A stretch of 64,000 nucleotides of DNA from an uncultured Planctomycetaceae bacterium (GTDB taxonomy: Bacteria; Planctomycetota; Planctomycetia; Planctomycetales; Planctomycetaceae): positions 141,097-205,096 of the forward strand of contig CAWFGE010000014.1 in NCBI GenBank assembly GCA_963815195.1, in the 5' to 3' direction. The notes beneath the pieces are model-generated. The model was not told where the DNA came from and did not search any database. It was given only the letters and a program-made list of their open reading frames with translations. Positions 22,197 to 34,049 of the stretch are shown here, one piece after another. The position numbers and the translations under genes were made by a program. Position 1 is the first letter of the stretch. Each line of letters opens with the position of its first letter.

Positions 22197-25100
22197 ATGA
22201 ATGATACTCGTTCCGCTGTCGCATCCGCCCCTTTGGATCACATGACCGACGCCGTCATCGTGATGGATGTCGAAGGCCGCATCGTGGATTGGCCTTCGTC
22301 GGCGGAAGCCCTGTTCGGCTGGGCGCGCACAGAAGCCGTGGGGCGTTTGGCCGCTTCACTGCTGATTCCGAATCGATTCCGGGATGCCTTCAGCGAAACC
22401 CTGGACCGGCTGGTCTCGCCTTGTGACGATTCGCTCGTTCCGCACCACATGGAGGTCAGCAGCCTCGACAAAAGCGGTGAAGAATTCCTTTTGGATTTCA
22501 CGGTGACGCGGCTGGAAGTCGAGGGAAAACGGTTCCTGTTCGGCCAGGCGCGGAACTTATCCGACAGCCGCCGGCGGGAAGAGCACTCGTCCCGGCAGAG
22601 CGTGCAATTTCAGTTGCACAATCACACGGCCGCCTTGTCCTCCGTGGGAGAATCGCTGCAGGCCTCGTTGACAAAAAGCCTGGACACCCTGTGCTCGATT
22701 GCGGGCTGGCCGGCGGGCATTGCTTTGGCCCTCGATTATTCCGACCGAACGGCGTTAAAAGAAAAGGCCCGGCACGTCGCTGGGGACGATCGGCTCCAAA
22801 AGTTTCAAACCGACCACCCGTTTTTTCAGGCTCCATGCGATCGAGGGTTTCTGGGGAGAATCTGGAAATCCAAAGAGCCGGCGTGGACTCAGGAGTTCCA
22901 CAATCTGGACCCGTTTTGCACTCCCGGCCTGTCGGATTTGGGATTTCGAGCCGCGTTCGGCTTACCCGTGCTGGCGGACGAGGAAATCGTCGCTGTGCTG
23001 GTGTTCTTCGCTTGGGAGAAGACCGTTCCCGATTCGAACATGCGGATGCTCATCGAGAATCTCTGCGAGCAGTTGGGGCGAGTCGTGGAGCGCAGCCGCT
23101 GGATCGAGGAGCGCGCCCGGCTCGCCGCCATTGTGGATTCCTCCTACGACGCCATCATCAGCAAAGACCTCCAGGGTCGGATCATCTCCTGGAACCAGGG
23201 GGCCGAGCAGACCTACGGCTACGCCGCCGAAGAGGTGTTGGGACAATCCGCGCGGTTGCTGTTGCCCGAAGGCATGGAGGAGGAAGAGTCCTCCGTGGCC
23301 GATGTGGTCTCCACGGGGCACCGCCTCAAGTTGTTTGAGACGAGGCGGCGCTGCAAAGACGGCTCGATTATCGATGTGGCCCTCACCGTCTCGCCCATTC
23401 GGGATTCGCGCGGACGGATCGTGGGGGCTTCCTCGATCGAACGCAACGTGACGTTTCCCAAGCAACGGGAAAAAGAACTCCGCCTGGCCAAACGCGACGC
23501 CGAAAAAGCCAACCAGGCGAAAAGCGAATTCCTCGCGAACATCAGCCACGAACTCCGCACGCCCATGAACGCGATCTTGGGCATGGTGAACCTCAGCCTG
23601 GGCGAAGAGCTGTCCGACGTGATGCGCGACTATCTGACGACCGCGTACGAGTCGGCCCAAACGCTGTTATACCTGCTCAACGACTTGCTGGATTTCTCGC
23701 GGATGTCGGCGGGGCATCTGGAATTGGAAAACGAACCTTTCCGGCTAAGGGAGACGCTCGACACCGCGATGAAATCGCTCTCGATCCGGGCCAGCGAGAA
23801 AGGCTTGGAACTCGCCTGCCAGATCAACAAGCACGTCCCCCATTTCCTCCGGGGCGATGCGATGCGGCTGCGGCAAGTCATCGTCAACCTCGCGGGGAAT
23901 GCGATCAAATTCACCGATCAAGGGGAAGTCGTCGTCGATGTCCGCGCCCTGTCCCAGAGGAACAGCGAAGTCTTTTTGCAGTTCTCCGTCCGCGATACGG
24001 GCATCGGCATTCCACAAGAAGACCAGCAGAAAATCTTCTCCCCGTTTACGCAGGTCGACGCCTCCACGACGCGAAACGAGACGGGCAGCGGCCTGGGCCT
24101 GGCCATCGTCCGCGAACTGGTCGGGAAAATGGGCGGGACCGTCGGCCTGGAAAGCGAACCGGGCCGAGGCAGCCATTTTTATTTTACCGTGCCGTTTGAG
24201 ATTCTGCCGGATGCCAACGCGGCGCCGCACAGCACCGAACTGGTCGATCTCCCGGTCCTGGTGGTCGACGACAACCGCACGAACCAGATGATTCTGGAGG
24301 AATCGCTTTCCAACTGGTCCATGCGTCCCACCGTCGTCGGGAGCGCCAAGGCCGCCTTGGAGGGTGCTGCGAAAAGCCGAGGACGCCGGACGGCCTTTTC
24401 CCTTGTTGATCGTGGATGCGCTCATGCCGGAAATGGACGGCTTCCTGCTCGTCGAAGAGCTCAACGAGAAACAGCGGGGGATGGACGAGCCGATGACGGT
24501 GCTCATGTTGTCGTCGGCGGATCGGCAGACCTTTAAAACTCGCTGCGAAAAACTCCACGTGTCGGCGTATCTCGAAAAGCCGATTTCCCAATCGGAATTG
24601 CTGGATACGCTGATGACCGTGCTCCGGGGGCCGCTTTTGAATCGGGATTCCTACGAGCGGATCGATCCCTCCCCGCAAGCGATGTCGATTCTCGTCGCCG
24701 AGGACACGCCCGCCAATCAAAAAGTCATCCGCGCGATTCTGGAGAAGCGCGGGCATCAGGTGCAGATTGCCAACAACGGCCGCGAAGCGGTCGATCGGAT
24801 CAAGCAGCGGACGTTTGACGTGATTCTCATGGATGTGCAGATGCCGACGATGGACGGCCTGCAGGCGACGCAGTTAATTCGCCAATTGTCCAAGCCGGCT
24901 CAGGCGGAAATTCCGATTGTGGCCATGACGGCGCACGCCCGGCGGGAAGATCGGCGGAAATGCCTCGCCGCGGGCATGGATGCGTATGTGGCCAAGCCGA
25001 TCGACGCCGGGAAGCTGGTCCATTTGGTGGAATCGGTCAAACGGCGGACGGAGGAGATGCTCTCCTCGGATTCGTGGGAGTCGGTCGCGGTGACGCCGCC

Positions 25101-25461
25101 GCCAAAACTGATCAACGTTGAGTCTGCAAAAGCCCGGATGGACGGGGACGAATCGCTGGTGATCGATCTAGCCGAGTTTTTCCTGGAAGATGCCCCGAAG
25201 CTTGTGAACGAAATGGAAGACGCCTTGGACGCGGGCCATGCCGAGGTGGTGGAACGGGCCGCGCACAGCCTGAAAGGTCTGGCCGCCAACTTCGACGCCG
25301 AGACGCTCGCCACGGCGTCCATGATTATCGAAGAGCACGGCCGGAACGAGAATCTCGAACAGGCGCGGGCGCTATTCCCCGATCTGCAAAAATCCGCCGC
25401 CTCCGTCACCGAGGCGATTCAAGCATATGTGGACGCCAAGAAAGGAACCCGTCGGGATTGA
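22197..25461 (+). CDS. Cytoplasmic hybrid histidine kinase (PAS-GAF-PAS-HisKA-HATPase-REC-REC-HPt), frameshift near 24362
   Basis: H-box 'FLANISHELRTPMN', N/G boxes 'NLAGNAIKFT', 'DTGIGI', 'GSGLGLAI'; two REC domains; HPt 'AAHSLKG'. Confidence 0.9.
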
Positions 25462-25530
25462 TTGTGAGGGGCGGGTAGCGCCGTGCCGCTCACAAAAATC
25501 ATTTTGCTTCCGATAGGGACGAGGATCACT

Positions 25531-26451
25531 ATGACGACCATCTTGATCGTGGACTGTTCCGATGACGACCGCCAGACGATTCGGGATCTTCTGAACCAAA
25601 GATCCGAGTGGAACATCCTGGATGTGGCGAGCGCCGCGGTGGCGAAGGATCTGCTAAGGCAGCAGCACGTGGACATGGTGCTGGTGGACCTCAGCACCGC
25701 CAGCCTTCCCGAAGAGCAGTTTCTGAAGTTCCTGCGGCTGGAACTCACGGATCTCCCCGCCGTGCTCTTGACGACCGACGGACATGCCGACCGGGCGATG
25801 GTCGAGGCTCTGGGGATCGGGGCGGTGAGCTACGTTCCCAAATCCATGATGGCTCGCGACCTTTTGATTACGGTGGAGCGGCTGTTGGGATTGACGGGCT
25901 GCCGGCGCCGGCACGCACGGTTGTTGGAATGTCTCACCCAAACCGAAACTCAATTTGAGTTGAAGGGAAACGACATTTCGTTGATCTCCGCCTTGATCGG
26001 GCATCTGGTGGATACGGCCGAGGATTTCGGCGTCACCACGCACGGCAACCGCGCCCAAATCGCAGTCGCGCTCGACGAAGCCATGACGAATGGCATCCTG
26101 CACGGCAACCTGGAAGTCTCCTCCGATCTTCGCCAAGGGGACGGCAACGCCTTTCACGATTGCGTCCAAAAACGCCAAAACCAAAAGCCCTATTCCGACC
26201 GCATCCTCCGCGCGAGGGGAACGTTTCAGGCCGGCGAAGCGCGGTATTGGATTCGCGATGAAGGACCGGGCTTTAATCCGGCGGAAGTCGGCGATCCCAC
26301 GCAGGGGTCCAATCTCCACAAACCTTACGGCCGGGGATTATTCCTGATCCGCGCCTTCATGGACGAGGTCGAGTTCAACGACCAAGGCAACGAAATCACC
26401 CTCATCAAACGCACGCCCCCCGGCCAAATTCCAGACTCGCCCGCCGAGTAA
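25531..26451 (+). CDS. Response regulator fused to RsbW-like HATPase (anti-sigma/serine kinase-type) domain
   Basis: N-terminal REC; 'ALDEAMTNGILHGN', 'IRDEGPGF', 'GRGLFLIRAFMDEV.FN..GNEITL'. Confidence 0.85.
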   Translation: MTTILIVDCSDDDRQTIRDLLNQRSEWNILDVASAAVAKDLLRQQHVDMVLVDLSTASLPEEQFLKFLRLELTDLPAVLLTTDGHADRAMVEALGIGAVSYVPKSMMARDLLITVERLLGLTGCRRRHARLLECLTQTETQFELKGNDISLISALIGHLVDTAEDFGVTTHGNRAQIAVALDEAMTNGILHGNLEVSSDLRQGDGNAFHDCVQKRQNQKPYSDRILRARGTFQAGEARYWIRDEGPGFNPAEVGDPTQGSNLHKPYGRGLFLIRAFMDEVEFNDQGNEITLIKRTPPGQIPDSPAE

Positions 26452-26464
26452 ACGGAACACGGCA

Positions 26465-26626
26465 GGGTGGCTGGGGTCAGGCTGCCGCAATGGGTTATGG
26501 ATCCGAGGGACGACGACATCGGCAACCTGCCCCCAGGTGAGCCAAGTGCCATACGACTGGGGCAGTTTGTCGATGGCACTTTCACTGAAAACTATGCCAT
26601 TCCCGACAAACTGACCCCAGCCACCC
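26465..26626. repeat. MITE/REP-doublet-like element with 16-bp terminal inverted repeats
   Basis: gggtggctggggtcag (26465) and ctgaccccagccaccc (26611-26626), with two internal hairpins. Confidence 0.75.
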
Positions 26627-26673
26627 CTTTGGCTTAATACTTGATGACAACCGCAAATCTGTGTGAGACTCTG

Positions 26674-28074
26674 ATGCAAAAGATCATCGCATTGATTCTG
26701 ATCTCTCTCTTCCCTCTCGCCCAAACCCAGGCCGCAAGCCGGCCGAATGTGGTTTTGATTCTCGCCGACGATTTGGGCGTGGAGGGGCTGAATTGTTACG
26801 GGGGGACCAGTTACCGGACGCCTCGGTTGGATCGGTTGGGGGTGGAGGGGCTGCGGTTTACCCAGGCGTATGCCCAGCCGCTTTGCACCAATTCCCGCGT
26901 GCAGTTGATGACGGGCGATTACAACAACCGCAATTGGCTGTACTTCGGCTGTCTCGACCCTCGGGCGAAGACCATCGGGCATTGGATGAAAGACGCCGGC
27001 TACCACACCGCGATCGCGGGGAAATGGCAGCTCACCAGTTACGATCCGCCCGATTACCCCGGCAGCGAACTCCGCCGCGGCAAAGGCATGAAGGTGCAGA
27101 ATACGGGCTTCGATGAGTATTCCCTCTGGCACACCGGGCACACGGAAGACAAAGGCCCAAGGTACGCCGACCCTGTCATTTTTGAAAACGGCAAGTTCCG
27201 CCAGGACACTGGGGGCAAATACGGCGAGGACATTTGGGTGGAGTTTATCAAGGATTTCATCCATCGGCACAAAGACAGCGATCGGCCGTTCTTCGTCTAT
27301 TACCCGATGACGCTCCCGCATTGGCCGTTCGTCCCCACGCCCAAAAGCGGCGATTGGGGCATCCAGAAAAAAATGCACCCGCCCTTAGGGACGACCGGCG
27401 GCGATACGAAATACTTCCCCGACATGGTGGCGTATATGGATGAAGTCGTGGGCCGGGTCGTCGATGCCGTCGATGACATGGGCCTCAAGGAGAATACGCT
27501 CATCATTTATTTCAGCGACAACGGCACCGACCGCCGGGTGGTGTCCAACACGAGCTTTGGAGACATCAAGGGCGGCAAGGGTTCGACCACGAACGCCGGC
27601 ACGCATGTCCCGCTGATCGTCCGCTGGCCCGGCACGATCGAGCCGGGCCTCAACGAAGACCTCATCGACTCGACCGATTTCCTGCCGACGATCTTGGAAG
27701 CCGCGGGCCGACCGATTCCAAAATCGGTAGGCCTCGACGGCCGGAGTTTCTATCCGCAACTGCTCGGAAAACCCGGCCAACCTCGCGAGTGGACCTTCTG
27801 CCATTTCGATCCTCGCCCCGGTTGGGACAAGGACAAATTCACCCGCAAACGCTATGCCCGCAACAAGCGGTTCAAACTCTACGAAGACGGCCGGCTGTTC
27901 GATGTTCCCTTTGATTTGAACGAAGAACATCCGATTTCCCCCGGCGACGAGACACCCGAAGCCAAAGCGGCCCGGAAGCAACTTTCGCAGGTTTTGGAGT
28001 CGATGAAGGAAAAGAAAACCGCGGATGGAAAACGGACGAAGCCCCGAGATTCCATTACTCCGCCGCGATGTTGA
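26674..28074 (+). CDS. Secreted formylglycine-type sulfatase
   Basis: '[13 protein letters not shown]', 'LCTNSR..LMTG', 'GKWQL', 'FSDNG', 'GGKG'. Confidence 0.9.
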   Translation: MQKIIALILISLFPLAQTQAASRPNVVLILADDLGVEGLNCYGGTSYRTPRLDRLGVEGLRFTQAYAQPLCTNSRVQLMTGDYNNRNWLYFGCLDPRAKTIGHWMKDAGYHTAIAGKWQLTSYDPPDYPGSELRRGKGMKVQNTGFDEYSLWHTGHTEDKGPRYADPVIFENGKFRQDTGGKYGEDIWVEFIKDFIHRHKDSDRPFFVYYPMTLPHWPFVPTPKSGDWGIQKKMHPPLGTTGGDTKYFPDMVAYMDEVVGRVVDAVDDMGLKENTLIIYFSDNGTDRRVVSNTSFGDIKGGKGSTTNAGTHVPLIVRWPGTIEPGLNEDLIDSTDFLPTILEAAGRPIPKSVGLDGRSFYPQLLGKPGQPREWTFCHFDPRPGWDKDKFTRKRYARNKRFKLYEDGRLFDVPFDLNEEHPISPGDETPEAKAARKQLSQVLESMKEKKTADGKRTKPRDSITPPRC

Positions 28075-29158
28075 CGAAGACTTTCAGGGCGGATTTGTCT
28101 TCAACGAGGAGCCGCATCATTTCGTGGTAGTTCTCGAGGCCGTCCACGGGGGAGGTGAGAATTTTTTCGAGGGTGCCGGGGTAGGTGACTTCGCCCAAGG
28201 CGAGGTCCGCGATGCCCATTTCGAAATGGCGGTAGTTGGCGTTGACGGTGCCCAACAGAAGTTTGTTGCCCAGCACCCAATCCAGGTTGACGCGGTCGGC
28301 GGGGACTTCGTGCTTTTGCTGGCCGCCGGTGATGCTCGTCCACACCAAGGCCCCGTTGTGGCCGAGGACTTTCATGGCCTCGAACGCCAGCACGCTGCTG
28401 CCGGTGGCTTCGATGATGAGGTCCGCCTTGCCGACGCTCTTGGCGAGTTCCTGGAGCGTGGTTTCGCTGGTGCTGACGTACTTCGCCCCGAAGCCTTCCA
28501 CGATGTCGGCTTTGAGGGCGGGCTTGGGCGTGCGGGCGAGCGTGTAAACGTCGAGACCCCGCAGCCGGAGAATCAGCGACGCCAGAATCCCGATCTGCCC
28601 GGCTCCCAGTACGAAGGCCCGTTCGGGCGTCCAAACTTGCAAACGTTTTTGCGCTTCGAAAGCTTGCTCGACGGCTTTGGCGGCCACGCTCATGGGTTCG
28701 GCCAGAACGTGCAGATGCTTGAGGCCCTTGGGCATCCGCACGATGAACTCCGCGTCGTCCACGAAGTATTCCGTCAAAAAGCCGTGGAGCAAACAGATGC
28801 CCCGCTCGTAATAGGTTTCTTCGCTGGTGATGTCGGAGCGGCCGATCTGGTCGTAAATCGAGCCGCCGGGCCGGCGGACGGTGCAGGCGACGTAATCGCC
28901 GGGCCGGACGTGGCGGACGTTGGGTCCGACCTCTTCGACGATCCCGAAGCACTCGTGCCCCAACACGAGGAAATCCGATCCCGGCGGCGCCGTGCCGTAG
29001 AGGGCCTCGTTGATTTCGCGGTCGGTGGCGTCCACGCCGACTTTGAGCACTTTCACCAGAACGCCGCGGCCATTGGGAATTTCGTCCAAGGCGGGCTTGG
29101 GGAGTTCCGCCAAGTGCACACTCTCGGCCTGGCCGGGAAAAACAGCGATCGCCTTCAT
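28055..29158 (-). CDS. Glucose 1-dehydrogenase-like Zn-dependent medium-chain dehydrogenase
   Basis: 'MKAIAV', 'GVDATDREI', 'LGHE', 'TVRRP', 'ERGI', 'GAGQIG', 'GTVNAN'. Confidence 0.8.
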   Translation of the reverse strand: MKAIAVFPGQAESVHLAELPKPALDEIPNGRGVLVKVLKVGVDATDREINEALYGTAPPGSDFLVLGHECFGIVEEVGPNVRHVRPGDYVACTVRRPGGSIYDQIGRSDITSEETYYERGICLLHGFLTEYFVDDAEFIVRMPKGLKHLHVLAEPMSVAAKAVEQAFEAQKRLQVWTPERAFVLGAGQIGILASLILRLRGLDVYTLARTPKPALKADIVEGFGAKYVSTSETTLQELAKSVGKADLIIEATGSSVLAFEAMKVLGHNGALVWTSITGGQQKHEVPADRVNLDWVLGNKLLLGTVNANYRHFEMGIADLALGEVTYPGTLEKILTSPVDGLENYHEMMRLLVEDKSALKVFVNIAAE

Positions 29159-29518
29159 AACATTTTGACTCGTTGGGGTCGTCTTGGGTGGGAGAACAGT
29201 TTCGTCTCGCGGCCCCGCAAAACACGGGAACCGCCGCGGGAGCGGAGATTTTAGCGACCTTCCCGGCGAATTGCGACGGGCGGATTGTCGCGACGGTGCG
29301 TCAAGCCGCCACTGCCCTACTAGGGTTTTGTATATCATCCTGAGCGGTTTTTTCGCAAAATCCGCGGGGGATTCTAGAGAAATTCCCTGTTGTTCCGGTT
29401 ATATTGGAATGACCTGGTTTTTTATTGGGGGAAATGCGGGTCGCCTCAGTCGAGTCTGGTGGGAAGCGTCCATCCATGCACACGGTGGACTTTCCGTCTG
29501 TTTGGAAGAGATCGACTT

Positions 29519-32500
29519 ATGAAGTGGCTGATCCGCTCGCACCCTTTGCGCAGAAGCTGTTCGTCGCACCGCCGGCGTCAAACGCCGATCGCGGGCGAAG
29601 TCGAGGTCTTGGAAGCCCGGCTGGTTTTGTCGGCGGCGTTCGATGTCACGCAGCTGAGTTTGCTCCGCAGCCTGCCGCAGTACGCGGACGTGGACGGGCA
29701 GTTGCCGGACAATACCAAGATCGGCATCGCGATCATCGACAGCGGCGTGTTGGGTTCGCATGTCGATTTGCAGGGGAACTTCGAGGCGTTTTTTGATGCG
29801 GTCCGCACGGATGCCAACGCCGACGGGATCATCACGCCGGCGGATACCGAGAATCCGGCGAGCGCTTTCGATCCGGTGGGGCATGGAACGCACGTGGCGG
29901 GGATCGCGGCGTCGACCAATCCGGACATCGGCGTCGCCCCGGACGCGGGATTGATCGCCATTCGCGGACTGCCCGGTCCTGGCGAGCAGTTTCCGCAATA
30001 CGATACGCTGCTCTCCGGTTTGCAATGGGTCGAAGAAAACTACCAGCGATACAACATCAAGGTGGTGAATATGTCGATCCAGAACGGGACGAACTTCAAC
30101 TTTGTTCCGAACCCCACCGACTTCGCCCGCGAGATCGACGTGCTGGAATCGCTGGGGATCACGGTGGTGTCGGCGTCGGGAAATGCCTATGCCGATTACG
30201 AATCGCTCGGGGCTTCGTTCCCGGCGGTGTTTTCCTCCCTGAGCGTGGCGAACACCTGGGAAGACAACGGCCAAGGCGATCGGCTGCCCTATTTGGGAGC
30301 GGGGCCGAACCCGCAATACGTGGCGATCGACGTCGCTCCGAAAGCCGACGACCTCGCCGGCACCAGCCAGCGGAGCACGCTCGACAACCAGGTCGCCGCC
30401 CCAGGGACGACGATCTTTAGCACGTGGAACGACGGCGGCTACAACACGATTTCCGGCACGAGCATGGCCGCCCCGTTTGTCACCGGGACGGTGGCCTTGA
30501 TGCAAGACGCGGCCTACACCTTCGGCGGGCGGTATCTGAGCGTCGAAGAAGTGGTCAATATCCTCGAGAACTCGGCGGATACGATTGTCGATTCGCAAAA
30601 TCCCAACACGCTCCGCGCCGCTCATTCGGGACCAGAACGGAAACCTGAGCCTGGGCCAGGCGGAGGATCTGCTCGAAAGCGGCCAGTCCTTCAAGCGGGT
30701 CAATGTCTACCAGGCGATCCTGGCGACGCAGGCGCTTGTGAGCCAAGGCGGTTCGACGAGCAACGACACGAACAACCAGACCACAACGGCGATCGCGGTT
30801 CCGCCTTTGGACGGCACGCAGGTTTACGCCGTGTCCGGAAACATCGGCACCGACGGGCAAGTCGCGATCGGGCCGAACGATGTCGATCTGTTCCAAGTCA
30901 CCGTGGAATCGCCGGGGCAGCTTCGCGCCCAGACCGGTCCGGTCAGCGGCGGGACGTCGTTTGACCCTTACCTCCGAATCTTCGACGACCAAGGCCAGGA
31001 GATCGCTTCCCAAAACGACGCCACCGGCGGCAATTCGTATCCCGACCTGACCACCGGGCTGCTTGCGCCCGGCGTGTACTACGTGGGCCTGAGCAGCTTC
31101 GCCAACACGGGCTACGACCCCGCCGATGGCAGTGGCGCGTTTGGCGGCGGGAGCATGGGGGATTATCAACTCACGGTGTCGCTGTCGAATCCCGATCCCG
31201 ACGGCGTGGTTCAGGGATCCCGGGAAGTCGATCTCACCAGCCCCAATGCGCTCAACCCCGACGCGAATCTCGTCAACGTGGGCGTGTATGTCACGAATCA
31301 ATTTCTCAATCAAAGCATCGGCGAAGACTCCGGCGGCTTGGCGAATCCGAGCCAGGAACTCGAGCCCAACGCGGGCACGGTCACCGTGGGCGACACCGAC
31401 GTGGATTTTTATCGCGTCATCGCGCCGGACAGCGGCGTGATTTTTATCGAAACCGACACCACCCCGTACGGCAGCAGCGGCATCGATCCGTATCTCGAAG
31501 TCTTCACGCAGAACCCCGTCACGAAGAATCTGGAATTTGTCGATGACAACACCGATGGCTTTCTGGCGATCAGCGTCGCGATCGGCCAAACCTATTTCGT
31601 CGCCGTGACCACCGCCGGGAACCAGGGCTTTGATCCCCAGGATCCCTTCGGAAGGACTTCGACGACGCATCAGACCGGACAGTACGATCTGTTTTTGTCG
31701 TTCTTCAACGGCGACGTGAACGGCACCGCCTTGGGAGCCGTGGACTTTACAACCTTCGACGAATTGGACGGATCCAAGGACGGCTCTATCAACGGCGTGA
31801 TCGGCGCGGACTTCGGCCAACCGCTGTTGGGGGCGAACGGCGGGTTCAAGGACGTGGATTTCCTGACCTACACCCCCGCCCAGGACGGCCTCTTGGACAT
31901 CGACCTCACGGTTCCGGCCGGGGCGGGCGATCCGCTGGACGGGGTGCTTGGGATCTGGGAGCTCAACTCCTCGCAGACCGACATCATGCAGGTCGTCGAC
32001 ACCAACAACAAAGAGCCGCACGCCATCGTCCAAGTCTCGGCGAACGAGACGCTTTACATCTCCGTCACCGGCAAAGGCAACAGCGGCTTCAATTGGTCCG
32101 CACCGGGAAGCGGGACCGGCGGCGATACGGGAGACTATCGGCTCTCCATCACGGAGCGTCCCACGTCCACGCTCGCCTCGCTCACCAACAACTCCATCGC
32201 GCAAAACACGCCCACGCCGATTTCCCAGGGACAACTCTTCGCGGGAAACATCGGCTTCGACAACGACACATTCCTCGGCGCGACCGATGTGGACGTTTTC
32301 GCTTACACGCCCGCGGTCGATCAAATCGTCCGCATTCAGACGTTCGCCAATCAGGAAGACAGCGCGGACACGTTTCTGCGAATCTTCGACGCCGGCGGAA
32401 ATGAATTGGCGTTTAACGACAACTCGCACCCCGGCACCAAAGGCAGCGAAATCACAATCCGGCTCGTCCGCGGGCAGACGTATTACATCGGCGTCAACGG

Positions 32501-34004
32501 GAACAGCGCCAACGCCCACAACTACAATCCGCTGACGGGAACCAGCGCCGCGACCGGCAGCACGGGGGATTATTCCCTGCTCATCACCGAAGCCCCGCCG
32601 CCGATCTATGCGACCGGCGCGGACGCGGGCGGCGGACCGCATGTGCGGGTGTTCGATGCCCGCGACAACGCCCAGATTACGTCCCTTTATGCTTACAATC
32701 CGCTGTTTACCGGCGGGGTTCGCGTGGCGGTGGGAGATGTGACGGGCGACAACGTGGACGATGTGGTCATGGCGCCCGGTCCCGGCGGCGGACCGCACAT
32801 TCGCGTCCTCGACGGAGCGACTCTGCAATTCCGCACGGAACCCATCTACGACTTCTTCGCCTTCGCGCCCGGCATGACGATGGGCCTCAACGTGGCCGTG
32901 GGGGATGTCAACGACGACGGCTACGGCGACATCATCGTGGCTCCCGAAGCCGGCAGTTCGCCGGCCGTGCGCGTGTTTTCCGGGGCCGACGGGTCCATCC
33001 TCAAGGACTTCTATGCCTATGATCTGAATGTCTCCGGCGGCGTGCGCATCGCCGCGGCGGATGTTACCGGCGACGGCGCCGCCGACATCATCACGGTCCC
33101 CGGTCCAGGGTTTCCCGCTCGCGTCCGCGTGTTCGACGGCGGCCTGCCGCAAACCGGCGTGGGCGTTGACCTGGCCCAATCGAGCGGCCTCAGGATCGGC
33201 AGCTTTTATGCCTTCGACGGCTTTACCGGCGGAGCCTATGTCGCCGCGGGCGATGTCAACGACGATGGTCTTCCCGATGTGATCGTTGGAGCGGGCGCGG
33301 GCGGCGGGCCTCGGGTGCAAGTCTTCAATGCTTCCAACAACGGGCCGAGCGTGCTCGCCGATTTCTACGCCTATGACCCGGGCTTTCACGGCGGCGTCCG
33401 CGTGGGGGCGACGGAGTTCAGCCTCGACGACCACGCGGACATCGTCACCGCCGCGGGTCCCGGCGGCGGTCCGCACGTCCGCGTGTTCGACACCCAGAAC
33501 CCGAATTTCAACGTGGAGAACAATTTCGTCTACGGCGGCTTCACGGGCGGCGTATTCGTCTCGGGCAGCAAGAATTACACGGTCCAGGACCAAATCCAAT
33601 TTCTCGCGGGCGGCGGTTCCCTCGCCAATGCCGCCGGCGGTTCCCTCGCGCTGGCGGTGTCGGACGGGAAACTCGAACCGACCCCAGCGGCCTCGACCAA
33701 TCAATCCGGCGAGCCGTCGGACGGGGCGCAGGGCAGCGCGGCCGGGTTCATCAATCCCGCATCCCACGCGGATGAAGAACCTGCCCCCGCCTCGGCGAGC
33801 GGTTTGGCCGCGGTCTCGTCCGACGGGGATTGGCTCGCGATGATCGAGCCCGAATCAAACGACCCGAATCAAATCGCCGCGTTCCCGCCGGTCGATCCCG
33901 TCGCATCCGCGGAAAGCCCGGACCCGAGCGTGCAAACTTTGGATGCCGTGTTCGTTCACCACGGTCTCCTTGGCGATTTGCTCCAATCATCCGTGGAGGA
34001 ATGA
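29519..34004 (+). CDS. Large secreted S8 (subtilisin) peptidase with PPC-like domains and FG-GAP-like repeats, frameshift near 30617
   Basis: 'EVLEARLVLSA' planctomycete export motif; triad 'IIDSG', 'GHGTHVAG', 'SGTSMAAP'; repeated 'DVD.F..DPYLRIFD' and 'GDVNDDG.D..GAGGGP.VRVF'. Confidence 0.85.
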
Positions 34005-34049
34005 CCGTCGCAACTCAAGAAAGCGTTCTCTCGCGAAAACCTAGTCCCC

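Noticed and set aside
30555..33767. 1070-aa minus-strand ORF and similar long shadow ORFs (5643..7394, 48401..50251)
   Set aside because: Antisense to well-supported genes; expected from GC-rich codon bias; no motifs.
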